From contig OX442314.1 of assembly GCA_949358305.1 (NCBI GenBank), forward strand, positions 11,284,001 to 11,348,000: DNA of 64,000 nucleotides, in the 5' to 3' direction. A model generated the notes under the pieces. It was given only the letters and a program-made list of their open reading frames with translations, was not told the origin of the DNA and searched no databases. The stretch's first letter is position 1. Each line of letters opens with the position of its first letter. The position numbers and the translations under genes are program-made. Of this stretch, positions 1 to 9,887 are shown one piece after another. The DNA comes from Strigamia acuminata (taxonomy: Eukaryota).

Positions 1-559
1 CACATATATCCGAAACAATTTGATTAATGCATTTACCCAAGTAGAGGCGGAAATATATCCAAGGAAGGTCGGAATAAACGAAGCTGCCGGTGTTCCAGGA
101 TCGGACGAGAAACTAACGTGTAGTAGAAGTTTTGCAAAGAACTAGTCAACCGGAAATGGACTTAAGCTGGTGTGGAATCTCTAAAGACAATAGGGGTGAC
201 AAATGACGTCAACAGTCATGATACCACAGATGCTAGGAATCATAAATTCTGAAGTAGAGGGGGAAATCAAAGTTCGACCACTAATTGTTGTCAGCTGCAA
301 ATGCAACATGAACCCTGCTAATCCGAAGAAGTAGGAAGTTGGAAGTGCAACTAAAGCTTGACCCACATTTAATAAAATTGAAACGACAATTATTTTGGAA
401 AGTACGAATAAAATAAAATGAGAGAAACCGACTAGGTTTTTCTAAAGTGAATGCGAACTGTCCTTTTTATATTTGAAGAAGTCAAAACAATAATAATCAA
501 CTAAATAAATTAGCTAAATTCAAACTCAAGCAAAATCTACAACAACGAGATTCGAAATC

Positions 560-3500
560 TTACGCGGGATTCTCGGAATCGAGACACCTGACAAAATCTT
601 TAGTGTAACGTGGGTTGACAACACGTGGTCGCTTCGAAGTTCGGGGTTCGACGTCATCACGTCTCGGCGTTACAATACGCGTGGTAAGCGGAGTGACGTC
701 AGTCGCGAGTTCCATTGGTTCTGCTTGCTCCGAACTTGGACTTGGTAAATTTTCATCGTTTTCCATCCAACTGGGAGTCGGGTGTGCCGAATCCGTGCCG
801 TGTGTCTGGTTTTCGACCCACTCTTCAATCGGGTATTCCGGTAAATAGGGGGTAAGGTGCTTGATATTAATAGAATTCTCTATTGTGCCATCTTCTAACT
901 TTTCCAGGCGATAAGCGGTACCGCCTAGTATCTTTATAATTTTCCAGGGTCCGTCTCGTACTTCGGCCATTTTTGCTGAAAACTGCCGGTCGGCATTTGA
1001 CAAATGATGCGTCTTTCGCCAAACTAAATCGTCTAAATCGAACGTTCCGATCCGGTATTTCTTGTGATGAATTTTCCTATGTTTCTCATAATTTTCTTGA
1101 ATTTTAGTGAACATCACGTTTTGTGCGAGGCGAATCGTATTCTGAATCGACGCGATATACTTCTCGGGGTCGTTGGGATCGAGTTTGACGGAATTATTCA
1201 ACGTATTGGGATTCCAAGGTGGGGTAATTATTCTTCCTGAATTTAATAGCAATGGCGTTGAGCCTGTTGCCTCTGAAATGGATGTACGTGTTGCGAACGC
1301 AAAATCGTGAATAAGTTCGTGCCAATTTTTGTGCACGTCACTGAACAGAGCTATCATCACTTTCAAATTTCGGTTGGCCCTTTCAGTTGGGTTGGCCGAG
1401 GGATTGTAGGTGCTTGTGTGCTTTACTGTTATGCCCTGTCGTTCACAGAATTTTCTGTAAATCAGGGCGCAGAATTGGGGGCCGTTGTCACTTATAATCT
1501 TTTTGGGTGAGCCATGTCTACATGCAACCTCATGTAGCTTTTCCACAATTATTTTGGCTGAAGCTGTATGCAGCGCAAATACTTCGATATATTTCGTTGC
1601 ATTGTCCATGATTACAAGTAACCATTTAAACTTATTACCTGGTTTGGGACCCATTAAATCTACTGTGACCGTTTCCCAAGGAAATGTCATACCTAAAGGC
1701 ACGTATTCGCCGGCAAGGGGCTTTCTTTGTAGAGGCTTATACATCTGGCAATGTTGACAACCTGTCACATAACCACGTACGTCACGGGACATACCAAACC
1801 AATGATATAACATCTTTGCTCTGTCTAGAGTCTTTGCTACACCTGAGTGGCCTGCCATTGGGTGCCCGTGGCACGCAAATAACGCACGCTTAAGTAAACT
1901 GCGAGGCATTGCAGCCTTGAACCCATTTCCGGTATCCAACAATTCCTCGTCGAACGTCGGAGCAAATCTCGCAAGTAGATCGCCATCCATCATATAATGG
2001 CGGCATAATTTTTTAAAATCTCGTAAATGCAATTTATTATTTTTGGGCAGCTCATCTTTAGAAATGAACTGAATAATGTCGTACAAAAAGGGGTCAGCAC
2101 GTTGTGCGTTTATAATTTCGTCGCGGGAGGGCGGAACCGTTTTTAACGCGTCTGTGAGTGCAGACATCAAAGTCTCATTGCGTTTGCAATTTTTATCAGT
2201 CTTTTCTGTAGTGTCGAGAAAATTTAAAATTTCATCTGGAGTTATCACGTCAGGGCTACCATCCCCCTGTGTTTCAACAGAATTGACATACTCAATTCTG
2301 AGGGAACACAACTGTTCTTTACTTTCTTTGAAAACATTAACGCCTTTATTTCTATTTCCAGTCCACTCGGGCCAGTATTGGGTCACTTCAGTGTGTTCTA
2401 CGTGGTCGGTAGACGGGATATGCTCTTCAGAGAGCGGGGCTCGGGAGAGGGCATCGGCAATTTGATTATATTTGCCCTGGCGGTATTCAATTTTGAACGC
2501 GCCGGCCTGCAGTCGGGTGGCCCATCGACCAAATCGTCCGGAGGGCTCTGGTGACGTCATCAACCATTTGAGCGCCTGCGCGTCACTTTCCAGTTGAAAA
2601 GTGGTGTACTCTAGAAACGGACGGAAACGGTCGACTGCCCAAACGACAGCCAAACATTCAAGTTCAGGGGTATTATAGCGGACTTCCGCTCCTTTTAACA
2701 CTCGACTAGCGTATGCTGCCGGTTTTAAAGTCTTTTTTCCATTTACCTCTACCTCTTGCATGAGAACAGCTCCTAATCCTTCATGACTAGCGTCTGTCTG
2801 AATTACGAACGGTTTACTCAGCTCGGGTCGGAGCAAGCAACCGTCAGTCATAAGCTTTTCTTTTAAAGTTTTGAATGCCGTTTTCTGCTCTTCCTCCCAA
2901 ACAAATGGTAAATCTTTTCTTGTTAATGACGATAAAGGCCTGGCAATAGAAGCATAATTGGGGACAAATTTACGTAGATATCCCGTCATGCCCAGAAATC
3001 TCTGAACTTCTTTCACCGTGGTGGGGGCAGGAAAACTGTCTATGGCCAAAAGTTTTAATGTGTCGGCTTTAGTGCCTTCCTTTGTAATTCTAAAACCTAA
3101 AAATTTGATTTCAGTTTGTCCAAAACGGGACTTGGTCATGCTCACGGTTAAGCCTGCATTACGTAAGAGTCGTAACACTTGCTTAACATGCTGTAAATGT
3201 TCCTCCCACGTCTTGGAATAAATAATAATATCGTCTAAATAGACCAAACAGAACTGGCCGGTTACTGGGGCCAAAATTTGTTCCATCAGATTTTGAAATG
3301 TGGCGGGAGCGTTACACAAGCCGAACGGCATGCGTTTAAATTGGTATTTTCCCATTGGGGTGTAAAATGACGTGATCGGTCGGCTATTGGGGTCCATTTC
3401 GACCTGGTAGTATCCCTTAACGAGATCCATGGACGTAAAATATTTTGCGTCACCTAAGTATAATAACATCATGTTCAAATCTGGCATGGCGATCGTATCC

Positions 3501-4750
3501 TGTATGGTGGCCGCATTGACCCATCTATAATCAATGCACAGACGGTAGGATCCGTCGGGTTTGGACACGATCAAGGGGTGAGACACATAAGGACTAATAG
3601 CAGCGGGTTCGATCAAGTCCAAATCGATAAGTTCTTGTACAAGGGTCTTGAGTATGTCACGCTTGGTTGGATTATACATCCGGTATGGAGATTTTCGAGG
3701 ATTGTCACGTAGCATAATTGTATGCTTGACTATATGAGTACGGCCGGGAGTGTCACTAAACACTGACTGGACACTTTCTAACACTGCTTTTAATAGAAGG
3801 CGTTGATCGGGCGTACAATCGGCGTTTTTAACCAACTTCTCACTCCAGTCGAGCGAACGCTCAATTTGTCGTGATAGCGAAGGAATGTCCTTGGCGTAAA
3901 CTGGTGGCACTAGACAATCTTTGGGGACGCCAGGAGGGGTAAAAATTGCGTCATGAGGATCGAGGTCGGCAATCTCCTCTAAAGTAGTGCTTGCATTCAC
4001 AAGCGCTTTTCTTACTGCCTTTTTGGCTTTAAATCTCTTGGAACGTAAAACTTTTAAACATTGCTTTTCTAATTTATTAATCTCTTTTTTAGTGGCATAA
4101 GGAATCGCTACATCCGGGTCGTTACCACATCTCGCCAATTGTTCGTCGGGGCGCAAGTATAGAGAGGTTTTGCGCATGAAATTGTGACCAATCGTTAAAT
4201 TTGTCACCCTGGGGGGCAAAACTATGAAGGTAAAGGGTGTATGATGATTTGCCCACTGTATAGTGATGTCTACTTTGCCCACCGGCTTGTGTTTAATTCC
4301 GGGGGCAGAAATTCGCACATTCTTTTTAATTTGGCGGACAGATTCGTATTTAATGCCAAAGACAGGTAGAAGCTGCTCGCCAATAAAACAACTGGTGGCG
4401 CCAGAGTCTATTAGCGCCAAGGAGGGGACTCCATTTACGTGAACATTAATTTGGGCGTGGTCCGTAGTTGAGGATGACGCCATTGACATCAAACGTTCTG
4501 TGAAACGTTCTTTTAAATCGTGGTGAGGCGAGGGATGGGAGGAAAAGGGAAAATCCTCCGAGCCTGCTAGAGCAAGGGACATCTTGTTAAAAGAGTTGCA
4601 TAAATTTAAATCTGGGTTAAGAAGTGGGTTGTTAAATTTAATTCCGGTTTGTATTTGGGACTGAACTATTTGGGCGTCAGTCCCGGGTTTAAGTTTTTTA
4701 GAATGGGGCAGTCTTTTGCGCCATGTTCCGCCTCTCGACAGAGGGGGCAT
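560..4750 (-). CDS. pol: Gypsy pol polyprotein (aspartic protease, reverse transcriptase, RNase H, integrase with GPY/F-like C-terminus); probably made by -1 frameshift from gag rather than from the annotated start
   Basis: ALIDSGA protease; YRLCIDYR, MPFGLCNAPATFQ and YLDDII RT motifs; QTDAS RNase H; H-x4-GH...CQHC zinc finger, VDLMGP, ISDNGPQF and ERAN integrase; uninterrupted 1396-aa ORF. Confidence 0.95.
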   Translation of the reverse strand: MPPLSRGGTWRKRLPHSKKLKPGTDAQIVQSQIQTGIKFNNPLLNPDLNLCNSFNKMSLALAGSEDFPFSSHPSPHHDLKERFTERLMSMASSSTTDHAQINVHVNGVPSLALIDSGATSCFIGEQLLPVFGIKYESVRQIKKNVRISAPGIKHKPVGKVDITIQWANHHTPFTFIVLPPRVTNLTIGHNFMRKTSLYLRPDEQLARCGNDPDVAIPYATKKEINKLEKQCLKVLRSKRFKAKKAVRKALVNASTTLEEIADLDPHDAIFTPPGVPKDCLVPPVYAKDIPSLSRQIERSLDWSEKLVKNADCTPDQRLLLKAVLESVQSVFSDTPGRTHIVKHTIMLRDNPRKSPYRMYNPTKRDILKTLVQELIDLDLIEPAAISPYVSHPLIVSKPDGSYRLCIDYRWVNAATIQDTIAMPDLNMMLLYLGDAKYFTSMDLVKGYYQVEMDPNSRPITSFYTPMGKYQFKRMPFGLCNAPATFQNLMEQILAPVTGQFCLVYLDDIIIYSKTWEEHLQHVKQVLRLLRNAGLTVSMTKSRFGQTEIKFLGFRITKEGTKADTLKLLAIDSFPAPTTVKEVQRFLGMTGYLRKFVPNYASIARPLSSLTRKDLPFVWEEEQKTAFKTLKEKLMTDGCLLRPELSKPFVIQTDASHEGLGAVLMQEVEVNGKKTLKPAAYASRVLKGAEVRYNTPELECLAVVWAVDRFRPFLEYTTFQLESDAQALKWLMTSPEPSGRFGRWATRLQAGAFKIEYRQGKYNQIADALSRAPLSEEHIPSTDHVEHTEVTQYWPEWTGNRNKGVNVFKESKEQLCSLRIEYVNSVETQGDGSPDVITPDEILNFLDTTEKTDKNCKRNETLMSALTDALKTVPPSRDEIINAQRADPFLYDIIQFISKDELPKNNKLHLRDFKKLCRHYMMDGDLLARFAPTFDEELLDTGNGFKAAMPRSLLKRALFACHGHPMAGHSGVAKTLDRAKMLYHWFGMSRDVRGYVTGCQHCQMYKPLQRKPLAGEYVPLGMTFPWETVTVDLMGPKPGNKFKWLLVIMDNATKYIEVFALHTASAKIIVEKLHEVACRHGSPKKIISDNGPQFCALIYRKFCERQGITVKHTSTYNPSANPTERANRNLKVMIALFSDVHKNWHELIHDFAFATRTSISEATGSTPLLLNSGRIITPPWNPNTLNNSVKLDPNDPEKYIASIQNTIRLAQNVMFTKIQENYEKHRKIHHKKYRIGTFDLDDLVWRKTHHLSNADRQFSAKMAEVRDGPWKIIKILGGTAYRLEKLEDGTIENSINIKHLTPYLPEYPIEEWVENQTHGTDSAHPTPSWMENDENLPSPSSEQAEPMELATDVTPLTTRIVTPRRDDVEPRTSKRPRVVNPRYTKDFVRCLDSENPA
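4657..4699 (-). promoter_or_regulatory. -1 ribosomal frameshift signal (A AAA AAC heptamer, 8-nt spacer, 8-bp stem-loop)
   Basis: Minus strand CTA AAA AAC in gag phase, then TTAAACCC and GGGACTGA...TCAGTCCC; a -1 slip enters the pol frame. Confidence 0.75.
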
Positions 4751-5055
4751 TTTGCTAATTCCGCCAGCATTTTAGCAATTAAGGGATCTTCGGGTTTGCT
4801 CTTTTTAGCGTCCTGGGAATTGTGGGAATGAGAATTAGGTCGGTGTTCACGCTTTTTATTATAATCGTTATTGCCTTTAAGGGTGGGGCATTTATTTCGA
4901 AAATGATCCTTACTTCCACAATTGAAGCAAGTCCCTTTCTCAAACCTTTTCACCTGTTGGCTGATATGATTTAACAATTCCTCACTATGTTCTTGGGTCT
5001 CGTTTTCAGATGCGTCAGAGTTTTCTGAGCTGTCTGAGTCCGAGGAAGTCGACAT
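4666..5055 (-). CDS. gag: gag-like nucleocapsid ORF with two CCHC zinc knuckles (frame open upstream to 5277 without an ATG)
   Basis: CFNCGSKDHFRNKC and CPLCREAEHGAKDC knuckles; overlaps pol in the -1 frame. Confidence 0.75.
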   Translation of the reverse strand: MSTSSDSDSSENSDASENETQEHSEELLNHISQQVKRFEKGTCFNCGSKDHFRNKCPTLKGNNDYNKKREHRPNSHSHNSQDAKKSKPEDPLIAKMLAELAKCPLCREAEHGAKDCPILKNLNPGLTPK

Positions 5056-5777
5056 TTTATTTAAAATTTTCTTAGCAGAGTTTTTATATTTATTGTGGTG
5101 CCAGTGACGCTTGTGTTTACCGTCGTTATGCTTGACACCTTCTGAATTTTCAGATTTCTTTTCTTCCTTTGTTTCTTTAGGGGTGTCGGCTGCCTTGGCA
5201 GCTGAGAGTTTGTCATCTTTATTATCTTTAAGTTTAGATTTTGTTAGGAAATATAATTTTATTTTTAATTCTAATACTTATTTTTATGAAAAGCAAGGAA
5301 TGTGAAAGTAAATGTCAGGAGAATCCTTTATCAAAAGAATCCTTGAAAGTAGTTATGGGGAAATGAGTATTTATTCATAGTGAAATGTTTAATTTGTAGA
5401 GTATTTTTAGTTTGTATAATTGGTTAAAGCTGGGGTCTTTGACTTGTAAACCCAGTAGGTGGTTGAGGGGTGAGCGGCAAAGAAGGAAGGGGAAAGGTTG
5501 TTAAGTGGTAGCCTTAGGCTGGCTGACCAACACCTGTTCCTTGGCACACTTCAACCTATTTTTTTTTTTTTTTACACACACTGAAAAATACACTTTATAC
5601 ACAAATTAATACACAAAACCCATAAATTTAGATTTTAAAACACTATAATTAATGAAAACATTTAATACTCTTTGATTTTTAAACAAAAATCAAATATCAT
5701 ATTTTCGCAATTTTTCAAAATTGCACCAGATTGATCTATCAATTTGAATATGCAAATTAACTACTTAATTATGCACA

Positions 5778-5794
5778 TCCTGTCGCGGACGCCA
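5778..5794 (-). promoter_or_regulatory. Primer-binding site (tRNA-Arg-like)
   Basis: TGGCGTCCGCGACAGGA begins 2 nt downstream of the LTR end; resembles the complement of arthropod tRNA-Arg 3' ends as recalled. Confidence 0.7.
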
Positions 5795-5796
5795 CT

Positions 5797-7925
5797 TGTG
5801 ACGGAATAAACTTAGGCATGGATATATAATTAGTATAATATGAAGGAATAACTAAGGGGTAAAGTTAGGCTGTACTGCAATGGCAATTACAGTAAGGCGG
5901 GAAAGGAATCTCTTGAGTGACGTGAGTCACTTGAGAGGTAAAGGGGGTCGCTGGCAAGTGACCACAAATAATCTAGAGGCTAGACAGGTATAAAACAGTG
6001 AGATAACATAAATAAATGGAGAATAAATATCTGACTTCGTGAAATATGCGACATATAAATTGATAGATGAATGTAGTTAACTATGAATAATATTGAGCCA
6101 ACACAAGTGTGTAAACTATAATAAAGCTAATTTATTAGCGAGTCCAAATGATCATTAAACCATAATCCAAAATACATACATATATACAAATACACAAGCG
6201 CTATAAACAAGGCCTCCAATAATCATTGGGGTAATACAAAGACATATCAAAAGGTAAATACGCTGACAAAACTAGAGCATTGGGAGGCATGAGGAATTCA
6301 TGGCCCAAGGCAAAAGGGGGACTTGAACAGGAGTGAAAGAGAAGCGCTCTTTTAATTACGCTGAAACTGTAGTTTAAGGGGATTAAAAGGGGACATTTAA
6401 AATGGCGGCTCAATCGAGGCTTTGATTGCAATTCGGTTCGGTGTGGCTTTAATAACGATGTCGTCACAAATAATGCATTGACTTTGAAGAAAGCCAATGC
6501 TGCCTAAAACTTAATTGTTCAATTAAAGCAAGAGCTAAAACAAGAGTGTAAACTCTTGATTAAGCGGTTTGGTGGGTGAAAGACCCAAGAGTTGGCTATG
6601 AGAATGGCAACATGTCATTGAATAGGCCTAACCAAGAGTAGAGCAGTTCTGCTAAACCAGAGGTTCACATTGACTGGATACATCATTTAATGGCTAGGTT
6701 CTTGGCTAACAAGTGCAAGGGGTTTGTGAGCGAGTGCTCGAGACAGAGAAAGACAACTACACATATTTAGGTGTAACTCAGATTGCTCTGAGTTCAAATG
6801 TCTATGCGTAACAACTTTCAGGAGAAGGCTGACTAGCGCATTTAGGACTAAGCATAAATGCAAAGTAATGCTACGCCATTGAGAACCATAGCAAAGGTAA
6901 GGGAAGTTACTATTAAATTAATAGCAAGTTCTTATAGCAAGTAGAAGGATTGATTGACTAACAATGGACAACAAAAGGACTAAGCCGAACTAATAAATCT
7001 CCCTCAACTTAGCAACAATTGACCACTTCAATGGGAATCCACTGAAGTAATTCTAATTACCAATTTGAGAGCAATAAATGAAATAAGGCTTACCAGTACT
7101 TTGATTCCGCGGTCCAGGGTCATTGAATCCAGTGTCAAAAGGGTTGTGGAATTTTGGCGGGAAAATCCACCAACAAAGCCAGGGCGGCAAAGTTGGAGTA
7201 GAGGCAACAAAACCTATCTTTTCTCCTTCATCTTCACCTCCATTGCCATCCTACTTCCCCCAGCTGTCAACTGCAGGAAGTTTTACATCTCAACCCAGTA
7301 ATCGAATACCAAATAGGCTCGGATGTTGCTCGTAGGGCAACCAACTAAAGCGAGATAGTGCGTCAAAACCTTGACGCACAACATAAGTCAAAGCCAAAGG
7401 CAAGAACAAAATGTGTAAAGTCAAAATATATGGGCAAAATCTGTGTGGAAACTCTGTGCAGAGTTTATATAAACTTCTAGACAATACCTCATTGGAATGG
7501 AACCAATGGGGTAACCAAACCAATAACAACAAGAGTCTTGCCTCATTAGTATGAGGCGGGAATAGGCCACAAAGCACATACCTCATTAGTATGTGGTGAA
7601 GGAGGGGAGACCAGCGTGGCGAGGTCACGAGTACTCTTGGCCTTGCAAGGTCAACACTGGTGTTGATAAACAACACCAACAAACTGGGGTTGCCATAGGG
7701 TGGCTTCACTGTGTAGTGAACCAAGATGGCGGCCGAGGGGAAGAATATTCTTTCAAACGTAAATAAATACAACTTATGACCCGTGAGCCCAAAAGCTCAC
7801 TTATATGGTCTAGGACTCATATAATACTTATATAAATAAATACCAAAGTTAATAAAACCTTAAAATAATTATAGACCTTTATTTAGTTTTCCAATACAAA
7901 CCTACGGTAATTTGGTACCGTCACA
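5797..7925 (-). repeat. 5' LTR of the Gypsy element (~2.13 kb)
   Basis: 8-bp terminal inverted repeat TGTGACGG/CCGTCACA; adjacent PBS; YY1-like CCGCCATCTT (~7723-7732) and TATATAAA (~7465-7472) on the minus strand; second LTR unavailable for confirmation. Confidence 0.75.
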
Positions 7926-7989
7926 AACTTATGTGAACCTAAAAATGTCCAATTATAACAAAACAATAAATGGGTGGAAGTAGGGTGGG

Positions 7990-8130
7990 TCCTGTGATTC
8001 CTACGAACCGTCGGTAGAATGATACGCAGCTATCATTCGCTACGTAAACTTCGCTTCACTCAGCTGAGTTTACATTCTACCTCCCGTTCTACGGAATCCC
8101 AGGAGACTTCAGAGCAGGTTCACAGAAGTT
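7990..8130 (-). repeat. DIRS internal complementary region / terminal inverted-repeat structure
   Basis: 8073-8106 is the reverse complement of 13417-13450; 7990-8021 is an imperfect direct copy; 7926-7940 pairs with 8116-8130 (14/15). Confidence 0.8.
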
Positions 8131-8179
8131 CCAAATAAGCACAACAAATAATTCTTGTTCTCAACAATTTTTATTTCCA

Positions 8180-9388
8180 TTAAATACTATCTGCTTTAGA
8201 CAAAACCGCAGCTTGAAATGCATTTGGATTAACCACTGGACGACAATAAAACTTAGCAAATGTGGCCTCATTTGCCCAACCTGCCGCTTTTAAAATATCT
8301 TGAATTGGAACCTGTTCAAACACAGCACTTGTAGCCGCAGATCTTACCGAATGGGCCCCAAACACAGTGACATCCACTCCAGCTTGTTTTAGAATTTCCT
8401 TAGCCCAGCGTCGCAGCGTGTCAACCGTTACCGCCTTATGCGGCAATGTTTGCGCTATAAAAAATTTTCCATCTACTCGCAAGGACTCAGATTGAGACAA
8501 AAAATCGTTGACCGCATGCCAAGGACAAATCTTCTCATCTTCAAAGCGTTTAATCACAAGTAGAGTATGTCGTCCCGGCTTTGTTGTTTTTTGAGCAGCC
8601 GAAGGCTGACAAACCATTTCCTCCGAATTAAATCTAAAATCAGTCAGTTTCAACGACGCCAACGTAGCCATTCTGCTAGCTGTCGTTAAAGCCAACAAAA
8701 TCAGAACTTTTTTCTGCAAAAGAGGCCAACCAATAGTACTATGCGGCCAAAAAGATCTCAAAAGATTTAGTACCGGCTTCACATCCCAAATGTGTGTATA
8801 TTTAGGTAAAGCCGGTGTTATCTGAGAAACTCCACGCAGAACTCTTTTAACTTGCAAATCTTGACGAATTTCAGCCGAAAAACTCCCCCCTGCTACATTA
8901 GCAGCCAAACACGAAACAATAGCATTGTAAGAAAGCCTCCTTTTATGCAACCAAGCCACAAAATTAACTACATCCACCGCCGTTGGGGCCACAACAAGCG
9001 ATTGTTCACAACAAAAACTTTTCCACTTCTCAATTCCTGGTGCATAAGATTTGATTGTTGAAGGTCTCCAGCTTCGCGTGAATAAATCTGCAGCGTCTGT
9101 TGAAAAACCTCTTGCCTCGAGACCTTCCCTGATAGAACCGATCCAATCAGATGGAGATTCTTTTCTAATCTGTGCCTTCTTGACAAATCCAATTCGCACC
9201 GGATCGCATGTTTCGCTAGAAAAACCACTGGAGTCTTCACCATTAACCGCAACAACTCCTGAAACCAGCCTTGTCCTGTCCACAGTGGCAGGACCACCAA
9301 CACAGTTGCCTTGTCCTCCCTGATTTTCCGCAGGATCCGAGGTATCAAACTGAAAGGTGGAAAGATAAAACCATAAATATTTTTCCAT
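8180..9388 (-). CDS. DIRS tyrosine recombinase (true start uncertain)
   Basis: Catalytic R (TASR), H-x-x-R (HSVRSAATS), AAGW and Y (FAKFY); SAM-like N-domain SWRPSTIKSY...WKSFC. Confidence 0.9.
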   Translation of the reverse strand: MEKYLWFYLSTFQFDTSDPAENQGGQGNCVGGPATVDRTRLVSGVVAVNGEDSSGFSSETCDPVRIGFVKKAQIRKESPSDWIGSIREGLEARGFSTDAADLFTRSWRPSTIKSYAPGIEKWKSFCCEQSLVVAPTAVDVVNFVAWLHKRRLSYNAIVSCLAANVAGGSFSAEIRQDLQVKRVLRGVSQITPALPKYTHIWDVKPVLNLLRSFWPHSTIGWPLLQKKVLILLALTTASRMATLASLKLTDFRFNSEEMVCQPSAAQKTTKPGRHTLLVIKRFEDEKICPWHAVNDFLSQSESLRVDGKFFIAQTLPHKAVTVDTLRRWAKEILKQAGVDVTVFGAHSVRSAATSAVFEQVPIQDILKAAGWANEATFAKFYCRPVVNPNAFQAAVLSKADSI

Positions 9389-9887
9389 TCATGTGCCAAG
9401 GCATCTATTTTTTCTGCCCCAGGTTCTGGACCCCAGCTAAAAAACCTTGGAAGTTTTGCATTTATCCTAGATGCGAAAAAATCCACTTCAGGTCTACCAA
9501 ATTCCTTGCATAAGCTATCAAAACAATTTTGAGTCAAACTCCATTCTCCATCCATGGATTTAAAATTTCTGGATAAAAAATCAGCATCCACATTCAATTT
9601 CCCTGGGATATGCACAACTGTCAAGATCAAACCATTTCTACAAGCTGCATCCCAAACCTTCATACCCTACTTCCGGTATTTCGGAATAAAGAGACCACCA
9701 CTTCACTATCTGACAAAAATTGCACACTGTTTGACTTAAATAAAGGCAAACATAATTCCCAAGCAAAAACAAGAGCCAAAACTTCCTTCTCATTTATGTG
9801 TAATTTACTCTCCTCCTGTTTCCATTTTCCATTGAATTCATTATCTCCAAACTTTGCCCCCCAACCTTTGTTAGAGGCATCCACAAA
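8968..9887 (-). pseudogene. DIRS pol C-terminal part: RNase H plus Dam-like methyltransferase, frameshifted near 9660
   Basis: FVDASNKGWGA, HINEKEVLA and HIPGKLNVDADFLSR (RNase H); VDFFAS...FPPFSLIPRIL...PLWTGQGWF (MT); frame change at 9660-9663. Confidence 0.85.

Larger units (their letters stand above)
1..7925 (-). mobile_element. Ty3/Gypsy LTR retrotransposon (5' LTR, PBS, short gag-like ORF, pol); 3' end runs off the left edge of the window
   Basis: pol domain order PR-RT-RH-IN; LTR bounded by TGTGACGG...CCGTCACA; PBS 2 nt after the LTR; 3' LTR not in window. Confidence 0.93.

Noticed and set aside
181..420. Possible env ORF downstream of Gypsy pol
   Set aside because: Only a 61-aa ORF with no fusion-protein motifs; the rest lies outside the window
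7028..7772. Short ORFs inside the LTR
   Set aside because: No recognisable domains and mostly non-ATG starts
8030..8075. Possible hammerhead ribozyme in the DIRS 3' region (CTGAGTGA...GAA)
   Set aside because: Does not match the CUGANGA...GAAA...UH core with three stems; the hairpins are explained by the ICR
8180..9663. Tyrosine recombinase plus Dam-like methylase as prophage or bacterial contamination
   Set aside because: Both are standard DIRS domains, linked to RT/RNase H within eukaryotic intron-rich DNA
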